The notes beneath the pieces were generated by a model. The model had not been told where the DNA came from and ran no database searches. It worked only from the letters and a program-made list of their open reading frames with translations. From an uncultured Nitrososphaeraceae archaeon (GTDB taxonomy: Archaea > Thermoproteota > Nitrososphaeria > Nitrososphaerales > Nitrososphaeraceae), in NCBI GenBank assembly GCA_963825865.1, contig CAWGVG010000061.1, forward strand, positions 1 to 42,704: 42,704 nt of DNA, written 5' to 3'. Of this stretch, positions 1 through 11,769 are shown one piece after another. The position numbers were made by a program, and so were the translations under genes. How positions within the stretch are numbered: the first letter of the stretch is position 1; every line of letters begins with the position of its first letter.

Positions 1-48
1 AAAGGACCATTGTCAGGATATACAGCAATAATGTATTCATATATATAA

Positions 49-1122
49 ATGAAAGGACCATTGTCAGGATATACAACGGATTATTCACAAGGTTGTGAGG
101 GCAATATAGGTAATAGTCAAGCAAAAGCATGCATTATAACTAATGAAGAAATAACGCGACCACCAACACCAGCCCCTATTCCTTCAAAGCCAATTATAAA
201 AACGATTACCGGATTTAATGCACCATATGGAATCATAACCATTCCTGATAATGGTTTTGTGTATGCGAGTAATTACGGTCAATTCAACACAACGGGTCAC
301 TGTCACAGTAATAAACAGCTCTACTAACTTCATAACAGATTCTGTGGATGTAGACAAAAATCCTCAACTATTGCATATGATTCAGCAAATGGCTTTGTAT
401 ATACAGCCAACCTTTTGTCTAATAATATATCGGTAATAAATGCATCCAATAATGCAGTTGTTGATACGATACCTATTGGCAATTCTCCAGGCGGTAGTTT
501 CGAAGGTATGGCGATTAATCCTACGAATAATACTATTTACGTTGCAAATAGCGGGCTCAAATACAATATCAGTAATAAATGGCACAACTAATACTGTCGT
601 TAGAGATCTTCTAGGTTTCCACACTCCATCTGGTATTGCATATAATACGGATAATGAAGCTCTATATGTAACGAATAGAGGATCAAATACTGTTTCTGTT
701 ATTAATGGTTCAACAAATAATTTGCTAAGAATAATTCCTGTAGGTGCTGCGCCAACAGGAACTATCTATAATGCTGCAAATGGATATATTTACGTTGCAA
801 ATAGCGGTTCAAATACAATATCAGTAATAAATGGCACAACTAATACTGTCGTAGCAACAGTTCATGTCGGAACAGGTCCTAATGGAATTACATACAATTC
901 TAATAATGGTGAGATATACACAGCAAATTCTATCTCTGGTACAGATTTCTGTTATAGATGGTTTGTCTAACACATGTCTCTCAAACAATAAGTCTTGCAA
1001 CAAGTCCTAATGCAATAACATACAATTCTAGTGATGACAGCATTTATGTAACAAATATGGGTTCAGATACCGTTTCTGCAATCAGTAATATTAGCAGGCA
1101 GGCAGCAAATAAGAATCATAAA
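49..1122 (+). CDS. YVTN/YncE-type beta-propeller repeat surface protein (frameshifted, probably 5'-incomplete)
   Basis: Repeats YVTNRGSNTVSVING and YVANSGSNTISVINGTTNTVV in ORF 440..970 continue across frameshifts in both directions; Pro-rich linker PPTPAPIP and a Cys-pair domain lie upstream. Confidence 0.8.
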
Positions 1123-1138
1123 TAAAATAGAGAAAGCT

Positions 1139-1590
1139 TAAATCAATCTCCCTTACTTTGCAGAATAAGAACATGAGACATGCGTGACATCTAAATGTGA
1201 ATGTTCCAGCCTTGTCATCTACAAAATCTAGCGTTTGTTGGGTGATTGTATCCTTCTATGCCAAAGCCATGTCCGTTGTATAGTTCGACTTCATCTTGTG
1301 CTGTGGTGAACAATAATCTTACTAGATCACCTTTGTTAACTTCAATAGTACCCGGAGTGAACTTCCACGATTGAACCTTTACTGGAATTACTTTTACGTG
1401 AGCACCCTTTGATAAGACAGCAGAAGCTGGTCCAACTACCATGACTGGAAGACTTACCTCCTTGATCACCTTTGGTTCAATTATAAAGTTAGGAGAGCCC
1501 GTCTGCTGACCAAATATTACATCAACATTATAAACTCCTGCTGATGGAAAATTGTATTCAAACTACACACTTTGACAACTACTCTGATAG
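1139..1590 (-). pseudogene. Cupredoxin-domain protein fragment
   Basis: WKFTPGTIEVNKGDLVRL...HGFGIEGY, and in another frame LDFVDDKAGTFTFRC; downstream His/Met copper ligands are not evident. Confidence 0.65.
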
Positions 1591-1797
1591 ACTTATATAT
1601 ACCAGTTAACAAAAGTTCGCTAACAACTATCGATATATTTCAACTCAAAATATTAGCAAACCGTCAGCGAAATAATGTTAATTGGTATAATCTGTTTCAA
1701 TAACGTCATTATGTCATCCATGAGTTGCTGAGGACATTGTATTACGCTCTTGAAACTAGTATATACTAGTGATCGTAAGGCGGAGACTTGACAGAAA

Positions 1798-2100
1798 ATG
1801 GTGGCAATATCGATATACAAAAATACGAAAAAAGAAGGATCGCTTATAATAATAGACTCTGTAAAAGCATACTTTGGTCTTGGTAACGACACAGATCTGG
1901 ATAAATTTATTCAGAATCAGGTAAAAAGAGCACAAAATCTTGGTAAGAATGGAGTTTCTGTAATCACCGATGTAGGATCATTCCTGTGTATATAATCAAA
2001 ACAACTTTGATGAGCTCACAGAACAGAAGAAGCAAGCGTTGCTTTCACATCATAGCAAAAGTTTCATAGTTACTACTAATCTGACTACATAAGTAAAATA
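1798..2100 (+). pseudogene. MEDS/DcmR-like sensory domain fragment
   Basis: EGSLIIIDSVKAYF...GKNGVSVITDVGSF resembles Nitrososphaeraceae MEDS-domain proteins. Confidence 0.45.
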
Positions 2101-2199
2101 ATCTGGTTAACAACACAATAGTAACCTTTATGACTATACCTACTATATGACTCATTGTTTCGCTGGGGAATAAAAAGGAGAATGTAAGAGCACCTTTTA

Positions 2200-2952
2200 C
2201 AAATAACGAGTCAGATTGACACGAACCTATTTCTATTGAATTCATCTTATCTACTGTAAGATGATTTTTCTATACCATCATAACCCTCTTTGACTTATTC
2301 CGTGAACTACTTTTGCAAATTTTGGAATGTCATCATCGATAGATATGCCGTATGCTCCGAGCTGTTCTTTCAGGTCTGAATACGATTTTAGCTCGACTGT
2401 AGTCATATTCTCTTCACATAAAGCAGATGGTACGGCGAAGCCTCGCTATTTGATTTTTCCTCCTTCAGGATTTTGATTTGTTCCTTTAACTTTTGGATTT
2501 GTTCCTCTAATTTCTTTTTCTCATCTGCCTTTTGCTGAATGTATTCCGATATCTGAGACAACGGTAAAGTCTTTGTAAAACTCAATCAAGTTTGTCAAGT
2601 AAGAAGCAATGCTTTCTGGTGTTAGCCCCAGATTGTTGCAACGCTTGTAAATATCAGACATAAATGATTCAAAGTCTATCCTCTCTTACTCCCAATCTAT
2701 TCATAATCATTGCAGACTCTAAAACCATCAGCGCATTGAGGCAGCGGATATACCAATTTTCTTTAAGGTAACAGCCAGCTCCCTTAATTCGTCTGCTGCA
2801 GAAAGACCTAGGGCTTGTCTCCATTCGTTGACTATGTTTGTTACAGCTCCAGCACTAAGGCCACTATCACCTGCGATTTTATCTCTTTGTGCACCAGCTA
2901 TCCACTGTTGTATCACTAGCGACCTAAGATTATCAGGAAGTTTGAAAGGCAT
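2200..2952 (-). pseudogene. N-terminal HTH-like plus coiled-coil hypothetical protein (frameshifted)
   Basis: ORFs 2728..2952 (VIQQWIAGAQRDKIAGDSGLSAGAVTNIVNEWR) and 2403..2585 (EKKKLEEQIQKLKEQ) look like pieces of one gene; the 3' end is approximate. Confidence 0.55.
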
Positions 2953-3374
2953 TATATTATATAATTATAGAACAAGCATCTATTAAAATTTTCGTCAAAT
3001 GCGTCGTCAAACAAGTCATATTGGGCGACTGTGCTTATCTGTTCGTTTTTACACCTCCAGTAAATATAAAAATTCGACTAAAGGCTGGTCGAGCTTTTTT
3101 ATCCACAACTAAACCGCTTACTCCCTCCAAATTAATCGTAGGTCCGAATCCGGTGGAATGCGAACCAAAATTGACTCATTTTTGCCACCCATGTCGACTT
3201 CTCCGATTGAAGCTCCATAGGTTAATCAGAATGCTACTATCTATCTATAGGTAATAAATTTCGGATTTATCTTAGGGATTAGATTCCTACATGTAATCGG
3301 GGTTCTATTGACTAAGCTTTAAGGTTATCTGCAAAGTACTCCACTTCTAGCAAAAGAAATCAAAAAAAATATTA

Positions 3375-4415
3375 GATCTCTTGTGTAATTAGCAGCTATA
3401 GTCTAACACCCTACTTGTTTTAGCCGTCTTCTTAGATTGAAATGCTGTCAGACTGTATAACTCTGAAGTTCAGGAGACCGGATATTATATCATATATGTT
3501 ATTCTATTCCTTAATCTGTTTCTAAATTTAGTACCCATTATTCCAAACTTTTTGATTTACATATGGTATGTTCTACTATGATCCTTAGCCTAGAATGATT
3601 CTTGTTGTAAGTTCTTTCATCACATGAAAGCAATGTACCCTTTTTCTTTTTGATACCAAGTACAGACTTTACATGGGAAAGTCCTTTTCAATGCCAAGAT
3701 AACCAATATTAACTATGTTTTCAACTTGTGATGGAGTTATAGAATGATTGTGTTTGTAAATGTCATAATCATGTTTTCTTCCACTTCTGTGACCTGTCTT
3801 ATGCAGTATCAATCCTTCATGGTTTACCATCAATTGTGTCTTGACAGTATGTTTCTTCTTTCTACCTGAATAGTAACTCTTCCTTCTTCTTTTGTTCTTA
3901 GGTCTTGGAATTTCTTGTTCTGTAGAGTCTATGAAAGCCTTGAATCCAGGAAAGTACTCTTCTACTTCATCTATAGTTCTTAATCTCCTATAACGTTTGT
4001 ATATCTTCTTTGGCAATGGAATACACTCCTTGATAAGTGGTTCCATCATTGATATATCTCTACAAACATTGCTTTGATCAAGGTCAAACAGAAATCCTGA
4101 TAATGTATATGTAATGTATAATCTGTAGTATACTAGAAGCATAACGAATCTTTCTTTAACTTTAAGCTTAAATGGTCTACCAGCACCTATATCCCGTATT
4201 CTCGTCCTTGATAGAAGACGTCTTCTTTCGTGCTCTTCGTAGTTATGTTCAATTTCGTTACAAATGGATTCAAATTCAGATACAGTTACTCCGGTAAATG
4301 ACCTGAATATCAAAGGTTTCTTACATAATTTGCTATAGGACATCAAAGAGCTTGTCAGATAGATATCCTATGTGAAGAGGAATATAGCTCTAAGCTTCTA
4401 ATTACACAAGAGATC
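3375..4415 (-). mobile_element. IS5-family (ISL2-like) insertion sequence, copy 1
   Basis: TIRs GATCTCTTGTGTAATTAG / CTAATTACACAAGAGATC, flanked by TA on both sides; near-identical to the copy at 19935-20975. Confidence 0.9.
3445..4346 (-). CDS. DDE transposase (HTH_Tnp_4 + DDE_Tnp_4 type), disrupted at 3' end
   Basis: FIDSTEQEIPRPK...YYSGRKKKHTVKTQ, HDYDIY, GYLG; premature stop at 3669 relative to copy 2. Confidence 0.85.
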
Positions 4416-4485
4416 TAGTATAAAAGAATTAGAATATGGATATGGCTAAGAATTAGAATATAGCTTTAATCAAATAGGCTAGGGT

Positions 4486-5986
4486 TCAGGACCCAAGGTA
4501 TTTAGTCTCTATGTAGGTCACAAAGTAATCCGGGTTATAGCCTTCATTGAAGGTATTATTAAGAAGCATTTTGGGGGCATAGACAGATCCATGCTGATGT
4601 ATTTTTAATCTTAACCATTCTCTGATAGGCTTGAAATTACCCCTCTTGATGTCTTCCTCGTAACCCTCCAGGTCTTTGCGCATCTTTGAAGCAATGATCG
4701 CTGAAACCAAGTTTCCCAAAGTGTAAGTTGGGAAATAGCCAAAGAGGCCACTGCTCCAATGAGTATCTTGAAGCACTCCCTGTGAATCCTTAGTTGGTCT
4801 CACTCCAAGCAGTTGCTCCATTCTATCGTTCCAGAATTCAGGAATTTCAGAGACGCGGAGCTCATCTCCAAATATTTTTTTCTCTATCTCATATCTTATT
4901 GCTATATGGAGATTGTATGTAACTTCGTCGGCGTCAACTCGTATATAATCAGCCTTGACGTTATTGAAATACAGGTACAACTCATCATCTGTTGCTTGGT
5001 TTGCGAAACTTACTTGCTTTCTAATCAAGGGAGCTATCAATTGAACAAAAGGCAGGCTTCTGCCCACAATATTCTCCCAGAACCTTGACTGAGATTCATG
5101 GAGCGCAAGCGAAGATCCGCCTTCAAGAGGAGTAACAGACAATGACTGATCGCATTGCAGATTATACAAGGCATGACCAGCTTCATGAATAGTACGAGAT
5201 ATCGACTTTTTGAAATCGGTCCCTTCATACCGAGTAGTTATTCTTACGTCGTTGAGGCCCATAGCCTCAGTGAAAGGATGAGTAGATACATCCATTCTGA
5301 AACGTTCCATGTCGTATTGCAAGAGAGTCAAAATGTCATGATTGAGCTCGTCAACTTTTTGGATATCATACTTTGATTTTCCAAGTTTGCTCTCTTTGCA
5401 AAACGGGCTGCCTGAATCTACGAGTTTTTTCAGAATCTTCTGAATACGCGGAGTCAACGCACCGAATACTTTATCCAAATCATCTACTGTAAGCTCTTCT
5501 TCGAACTTATCCAAAAGCGCATCATACGGATGCTTTTCATAACCTATCTTCTCAGCGATTTGCTTCTTTATTTCTATCATTTTCTTCAAGTGGGGTGCAT
5601 ACATCATGAAAACAGATTTTTCTCTCGCCTCCCTCCATGCCATGTTGCCCCTTATTCTTTCCAGAGATTCTGCTTCAGTCAACTCTTTGGGTATCTTGAT
5701 CTGCTTGGTTATTTCCCTGTTGAGGACCTTGTACAATGCCCTTCTCTAAATCGCTAGGGCTCACCAGTTTCTTCGCTGACTCAACAAGACCAACAAAATC
5801 TTTGTTTAGCAGAAGATCCTTATGTAGCATGTGAAGTTGAGAATCGGCCACTCCTCTTTCTTCCGTGCCTTTCCTAGGCATATAAGTCTCAAAGTCCCAA
5901 CCCATTAGAGAAATGGCATGATTTAGCGACCACATTGGTTTGTAAGCATTGAGGATCTGATTCATGACAGGGTTCTCGCATCTCAT
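4486..5986 (-). CDS. Carboxypeptidase M32 (Taq-type), one frameshift near 5740
   Basis: HEAGH zinc motif, HPF, HESQSRFWEN, IRVDADE, QDTHW, GYFPTYTLGN; N-terminal part in ORF 5675..5986. Confidence 0.93.
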
Positions 5987-6030
5987 GTCGTCACACTTTT
6001 TATGAACTCAATCACATCGGTCTATTAATC

Positions 6031-6591
6031 ATTGCTAGCCAGATTTTCATCTCCCACAGTGCAAAAGACAAAGAGTCGGTCGATTTTTTTGTTGAAAAAC
6101 TTAATGACACAAGTGTTAAACCTATTCGCATGGAATATGAAAAATGGTCAAGAAATGGTAACCCTGATTGGAGGTGGATAAAAGACGAAATTCAGAAATC
6201 TAGGGCTCTTTTTCTTATATTAGCAAAGAATATAGTTAAAAAGGAATATACCCAGAATTGGGTTGCCTTTGAAATAGGAGTAGCTTCGACATGCAATCCT
6301 CCGATACCTGTTTTTGTATTCAAGGAAGAAAATATTGATTTTCCGGTACCTTATCTTAATCATTATTTTGACCAACCGTTGTCAAATACAACTCGTTTAT
6401 TCTCAAAAGACCTATCGTTAGCTTTTCTAAACGTGCATCCGCTAAAAAAAGTTACCAAAGATATTTGCGACAAGTGCTTTAATGAAATTAAACCAAACGC
6501 TACAGACAGAATAAGGCGATATAACAAGGCACAGACAATACTTGATGGCGAAGATAGAACTGGAATAGTTGAATCTAGAGAAGGAATGTAA
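6031..6591 (+). CDS. TIR-domain protein (TIR_2/ThsB-like)
   Basis: The frame stays open upstream of ATG 6130, giving QIFISHSAKDK; later IKDEIQKSRALFLIL and NWVAFEIGVA (putative catalytic Glu). Start codon uncertain. Confidence 0.75.
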   Translation: MASQIFISHSAKDKESVDFFVEKLNDTSVKPIRMEYEKWSRNGNPDWRWIKDEIQKSRALFLILAKNIVKKEYTQNWVAFEIGVASTCNPPIPVFVFKEENIDFPVPYLNHYFDQPLSNTTRLFSKDLSLAFLNVHPLKKVTKDICDKCFNEIKPNATDRIRRYNKAQTILDGEDRTGIVESREGM

Positions 6592-8941
6592 TGATAACAA
6601 TGAGTGCAGAACATTATAGTAATCAAAATAATCAAAACCACACTATATTATGGAAGGATGAAACTAAAACCGGTATTATTCATAGGCGAGTTGTGCAGCA
6701 CCTTGGCTCGGTGTGACCAAAATAAGTATAACCTTTCGGTTTATTATTATTCATATACTGATTAATTCGCCCTCATACAATCAAATCATCTAGATAGAGT
6801 ATTGCTAATTTTGGTGAAAAAGATGTGGAAATTTTAGAGAAATATAACAAAAAAAGAGACTTTACAAAGACACCTGAACCAGTAGGAAGGAGGGATACGA
6901 GGCAGTATAATAATACTATTACTACTACAACCAATAAAGTAGGTAAAGAACTTAGATTTGTGGTGCAGAAACATGATGCAACAAAATTGCACTACGATTT
7001 TAGATTAGAGACAAAAAAGGAAAGTGTATTAAAATCTTGGGCAATACCCAAAGGTGTTTCGCTGGATCCAAAAGTAAAGAGGCTAGCAGTATTAACTGAA
7101 GATCATCCTTTAGATTATTTGCTTTTTGAATGGATAATTCCTGAAGGAAGTTATGGAGCAGGAACTGTGATTGTTTGGGATACAGGAACATATACTTCAG
7201 AACAAGAAATTTCCGACCAATTTAAAAATGGCAAAATTACGTTTATCCTATTTGGCCAGAAATTAAAAGGAAGATTTTCGTTATTAAAAACAGCAAGAGA
7301 AAATCAATGGCTTTTGATTAAAGGAAATGATGAGTTTGCATTACTAAAGATGATTTAACTATCACACGACCTGAGTCAGTTCTAACTGGAAGAACTAATC
7401 AAGACTTGGAAAATGGCAAAGGAGATAAAGCAAAGTCAAGCAAGAATAAGATCGCCATTAGAGACTCTAAAAGCAAACACCACGATGCTAATATTAATGA
7501 CGACAACTACAAAAGAAAAGATAAATCTGCAATAATTTCAACAGGAGTCAATCTAAAAGAAAAAGGACTCGGTGTTAATGAAGAATTTACAACAAAAATA
7601 AAACCAATGTTAGCCACAGTGTGTAGATGAGCCGTTCAATGACAAAGACTGGGTTTTTGAAGTAAAATGGGATGGGGTACCATTCTATGTTCTTTTTACA
7701 CAAGACAAAAGCAATATTTGAAATAAAATCTAGAAGTGACAAAACCATTACACACCGATATCCAGAACTAATAGAGCCACTAAACTCCGCAATAAAATGC
7801 AAAGAGTCAATCATACTAGACGGAGAGATTGTAGTATTGGATAAAGTCGGCATGCCCAGTTTTCAGAGCCATCAGAGGAGAATGAATGTAGATTATAAAG
7901 CAGATATTGGGAAGTTGTCTCGGAAAATACCTGCAACATATTACATTTTTGACATTCTTTATTTGGATGGGAAAAACTTGCAGAATTTAGACTTTATTCA
8001 AAGAAGGGGTATCCTTTCCAAGGTTATAAATAAAAGCAACAAAGTACAAATTTCAGAATTCTTTGAAGAAAGAGGTAAAGAGATCTTTGATAATGTCAAA
8101 ACCATGAATTTAGAAGGAATAGTGGCAAAAAACAAATCTAGTAGATACATGCAAAGTACAAGAATCAGGAGATTGGCTAAAAATTAAGACTATAAAAACT
8201 CAAGATTGCGCAGTAATAGGATATACAAAGGGAGAGGGAAACAGAGAAAATTACTTTGGTTCTCTTCTCCTAGCGGTGTATTATGGTAACAAATTAAGGT
8301 TTGTTGGTCATACTGGAAGTGGATTTGACTTTGCCCAGCTCAATGAAGTATACAATAAACTTCAACAGATGAAGATAGAAATATGTCCTGTTGACTATAT
8401 ACCATACACTAATCGAGCTCCTGTTTGGATTGAACCTAAACTTGTAGCAGAGGTAAAGTTCAGTGACTGGACACAGGAAAAAATTATGAGAGTCCCTATA
8501 TTTCTTGGATTCGGGGAAGATAAAAAGCCAGAAGAATGTGTTCTTGAAGAAGAAAAGAGCACCGAAGAATTGATTTCAAATGGTGATGAAAAGGAGGCAG
8601 CGACGAGAACGACCCACTACCTACGAAGCTTCTGAAATATCTACATCTAACGGTCCTAGGACCACTATTACACCGTCATCTTCTTCTTTTTCTCACCTTG
8701 ATAAGGTATTCTGGGATAAAAAGTGAAAACCATCTACAACTGACAAAAAAGGATTTGATTGAATACTACAACAAAATTAGCGAATATCTTCTGCCTTATC
8801 TTAAAGATAGACCGTTATCTTTGACAGGAGCCTGACAGAATTGAAGGAAAGTATTTTTATCATAAGAATTGGAATAAGGAAAAACCCGATTTTGTACAAA
8901 CTGTAAAGGTGCATTCCAAATCTAAAGATGGTATCATTAAC

Positions 8942-9969
8942 TGTTGTACTTACAAACATAGGTAACAATATAGCTTACAGACATAGGTAACACTTCTGCT
9001 AGGAAGTGGAAATCTCTATAGAAATTAGAACAAAATTCAATCTCATTCATGAACATGAATGGACTGGTAATAGTATTAGCGATATTTGCAATAAATACGA
9101 AATATCTAGGAAGACATATTACAAGTGGAAAAATAGATACATAGAGCACGGAATAGACGGGTTGAAAGACCTATCTAGAAGGCCTCATAGCATCAAAACC
9201 AAAGTATCTAAAGAAATAGAAGAAACAATACTTGATTTAAGATTAAAGACCTTTGGTACTAGTAGAATCAGGTTCAGATTAAAAAGACTTGGAGTATCAT
9301 TGAGCAGTAGAACCATATACAAGACATTGAAAAAACATACTCTCAACGTTCTAAACTGTAAGGTAAAGAATAATAGAAAGTATAAGCGATTTGCAATGAA
9401 ACATCCAAATGACATGCTTCAAATGGATATACTTGGACCATTTTACTGTACCTGTTCTAGCACAAGAAATTACATGATAAGCTGTATAGATGACTGTTCA
9501 AGAAAAGTTGCTAGCAAGTGGTCTGAAAGAAAGAGGAGCATTGATGTTTTGAATGTACTAGAGGAGTGGATTATGGATAACGGAAAGCCCAGGAAAGTTA
9601 TGCATGACAACGGTAAGCAGTTTACATCTAAACTATTCAAACACTTTCTATATAAGAATAACATAAAGGATAAACCAATTCCAAATTCATATCCACAGTT
9701 ACAAGGAAAGATAGAAGCATATAACAAGATTGTAAAGAATGAGTTCTTGACAGTTGAAGAAATAACAAGTATTGATGACGGAAAACTAAGGTATGATATG
9801 TTTGTCAAAGCATATAATGAAACTAGGGAACATGGTGGAATAAATGGTCTTACTCCTTCTGAAAGGTTGTACAAAGGTTAATTAAATCTAAGACATATAC
9901 AAAAAGGAAGCAAGAAAGTGTAACCTATGTAGGTAATCAAAATTGTTACCCATCTGTGTAGGTACAACA
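8942..9969 (+). mobile_element. IS481-family insertion sequence
   Basis: TGT...ACA ends; 28-bp imperfect TIR TGTTGTACTTACAAACATAGGTAACAAT vs TGTTGTACCTACACAGATGGGTAACAAT; 6-bp TSD ATTAAC at 8936-8941 and 9970-9975. Confidence 0.93.
9006..9881 (+). CDS. IS481-family transposase (HTH + rve integrase core), intact
   Basis: ISRKTYYKWKNRY...GLKDLSRRP; LQMD, IDDCSR, HDNGKQF, PQLQGKIEAYN, YNETREH. Confidence 0.93.
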   Translation: MEISIEIRTKFNLIHEHEWTGNSISDICNKYEISRKTYYKWKNRYIEHGIDGLKDLSRRPHSIKTKVSKEIEETILDLRLKTFGTSRIRFRLKRLGVSLSSRTIYKTLKKHTLNVLNCKVKNNRKYKRFAMKHPNDMLQMDILGPFYCTCSSTRNYMISCIDDCSRKVASKWSERKRSIDVLNVLEEWIMDNGKPRKVMHDNGKQFTSKLFKHFLYKNNIKDKPIPNSYPQLQGKIEAYNKIVKNEFLTVEEITSIDDGKLRYDMFVKAYNETREHGGINGLTPSERLYKG

Positions 9970-10774
9970 ATTAACTATATCATGTGCAATAACAAAGATA
10001 CCCTTCTATGGCTAGCAAACCTAGCATGCATAGAGATGCATCCATGGTATAGTAGAGTCAATGACCTTGACGCATGCAAAAAAAATAATACAGATGATGA
10101 AGAAAAATGCGGCTTGAACACACCTGATTTCATGGTCTTTGATTCGGATCCTTACATTTACTCAGGCAAGGAAAAAAAGGGGAAAAGGAGCCAGAATATA
10201 ATATAGACGCATTTAGAGCTACAGTTGAGGTTGCATATGACCTAAAAGAATCTATTTGACGAATTAAAGATAGAGATCCTATGTAAAGACATCTGGAAAA
10301 ACAGGATTGCATATATTTGTCCCCGTTGTTCTATCGTATACATGATCAGACAAAAGCATTTGCTGAAATTATTGGGAAAATATTGAGCGCAAGACACCCA
10401 CAAAAAATAACAATGGATTGGAACACTAATAAAAGAATTGGAAAAGTTTTCTTCGACCATAATCAAAATGCAATGGGAAAAACAATAGCATCTGTCTTTT
10501 CTGCAAGACCTACAACTTCAGCTGCCTATATCTATGCCCGTCAAATGGAATGACTTGTCAAGTATATTTCCAACAGATTTTACAATCTTAAATGCTTTTG
10601 AGATTGTAAAAAAATCAGGTGATGCTTGGAAGGAGATATTACAAAAGAAGCAAGACATAAATAAAATACTTGAAGGTGTATCAAAAATACATAGACTGTA
10701 GTTTCAAAATAACCTTGGGAAGGATATGCATTTTTGGGGGACAATATCTGGAGATACCTGCCCCTGCATCATTG

Positions 10775-10990
10775 TTATTTAGAGTTACTTGTAGGACTAT
10801 AACACTTTTCTACTCCAGTAACTCTATTCTGTGGATGTTTACAGCGACAGATAGTAGAACCGTGTTCTGAAAATTTATGATGGCATCTATAGTATTTGCA
10901 TGTGGGTTCTGACTTTTTACCAAAAACGTCTACAATTGCTTGTTTTTGTTTGGTCAGATCTCTTAGCGGTTTACTAGGGACAGTATTCAT
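10775..10990 (-). CDS. Small Cys/His-rich hypothetical protein
   Basis: CKYYRCHHKFSEHGSTICRCKHPQN. Confidence 0.45.
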   Translation of the reverse strand: MNTVPSKPLRDLTKQKQAIVDVFGKKSEPTCKYYRCHHKFSEHGSTICRCKHPQNRVTGVEKCYSPTSNSK

Positions 10991-11102
10991 TGCATTTCGT
11001 GGTATCTAAATAGAAGAATAAACGAAGTGTTGCAATTATCTTTGAAATTATTAATTCATGGGAGGATTTTGTTTTTTTTTGAAGTTGTTTCAGGTTTTGA
11101 TT

Positions 11103-11411
11103 CTATGTAAATACATACGTATCTGTCTTTTTTTTCTCATTTAGTGCAATAACAGCTAGATATACTGTGTTGCCAAGGTCTACTAAACTAGAGTGAAAAA
11201 TGTTGTTGTTGTGAATAGTGTCATGTGAATAATCCTCCTGCTCCCTTATCGCCGGAATTAAATAATGCAAATAAAAAATACTTGATTTAATCAAAGTGTT
11301 ACTATTTTTAAAAGACCTAGACTTGTTGAATTCTCCCGCAAGCATTTTTCCGTTATTATCTACTACGCTACAAATCCTACATTTTTGTCTACAGATAATG
11401 CATTCAAACAA
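11103..11411 (-). CDS. Hypothetical protein, roadblock/profilin-like (DUF6659-like)
   Basis: RICSVVDNNGKMLAGEF resembles the N-terminus of thaumarchaeal roadblock-like proteins. Confidence 0.35.
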   Translation of the reverse strand: MFECIICRQKCRICSVVDNNGKMLAGEFNKSRSFKNSNTLIKSSIFYLHYLIPAIREQEDYSHDTIHNNNIFHSSLVDLGNTVYLAVIALNEKKKTDTYVFT

Positions 11412-11769
11412 ATTTTCTTTAAGAAATTATGTTCGTTTTCAGTCAATATAACTAACATAAAAATTAAGTATATATTAAATGGCTTTATTTGTACTAAAAA
11501 TTACCGTAGTTTGTTTTCAATAAGACTTTCTACTAGTATATGGATCATTTTCAATTATTGTTATTTAACTGACATTTTGTAGATGTTATGGACGCATTTG
11601 TTTTTATTACATTCTTTTTAAACATGTTTTTTCTAACTTTCTGCTTTGTTGCACGAATCTGATATTGGTCGACTATGTTCAGAAACCTAGACCAAAAGTG
11701 ATTACTTCGCATCCAAATCATTCATAGTTTATGCTGTAAACACTTAACAATAACGATTTTTCTGAATCA

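Larger units (their letters stand above)
6825..10701 (+). pseudogene. ligD: NHEJ DNA ligase D (phosphoesterase-ligase-polymerase fusion), interrupted by IS481
   Basis: PE domain VQKHDATKLHYDFRLE and EDHPLDY...YGAGTV; ligase EVKWDG, LDGEIV, FDIL, EGIVAK, GHTGSGF; polymerase WLANLACIEMHPW, PDFMVFD, KTSGKTGLHIF, FFDHNQNAMGKT. Confidence 0.9.

Noticed and set aside
536-852. Near-identical ~65-bp DNA repeats as a possible DGR TR/VR pair or array
   Set aside because: They are in-frame YVTN propeller blades; there is no adenine-specific variation and no reverse transcriptase in the window.
3417-3443. IS end sequence GTTTTAGCCGTCTTCTTAGATTGAAA resembling the CRISPR repeat (possible anti-repeat)
   Set aside because: Only short interrupted matches, and it lies inside both IS copies; likely chance.
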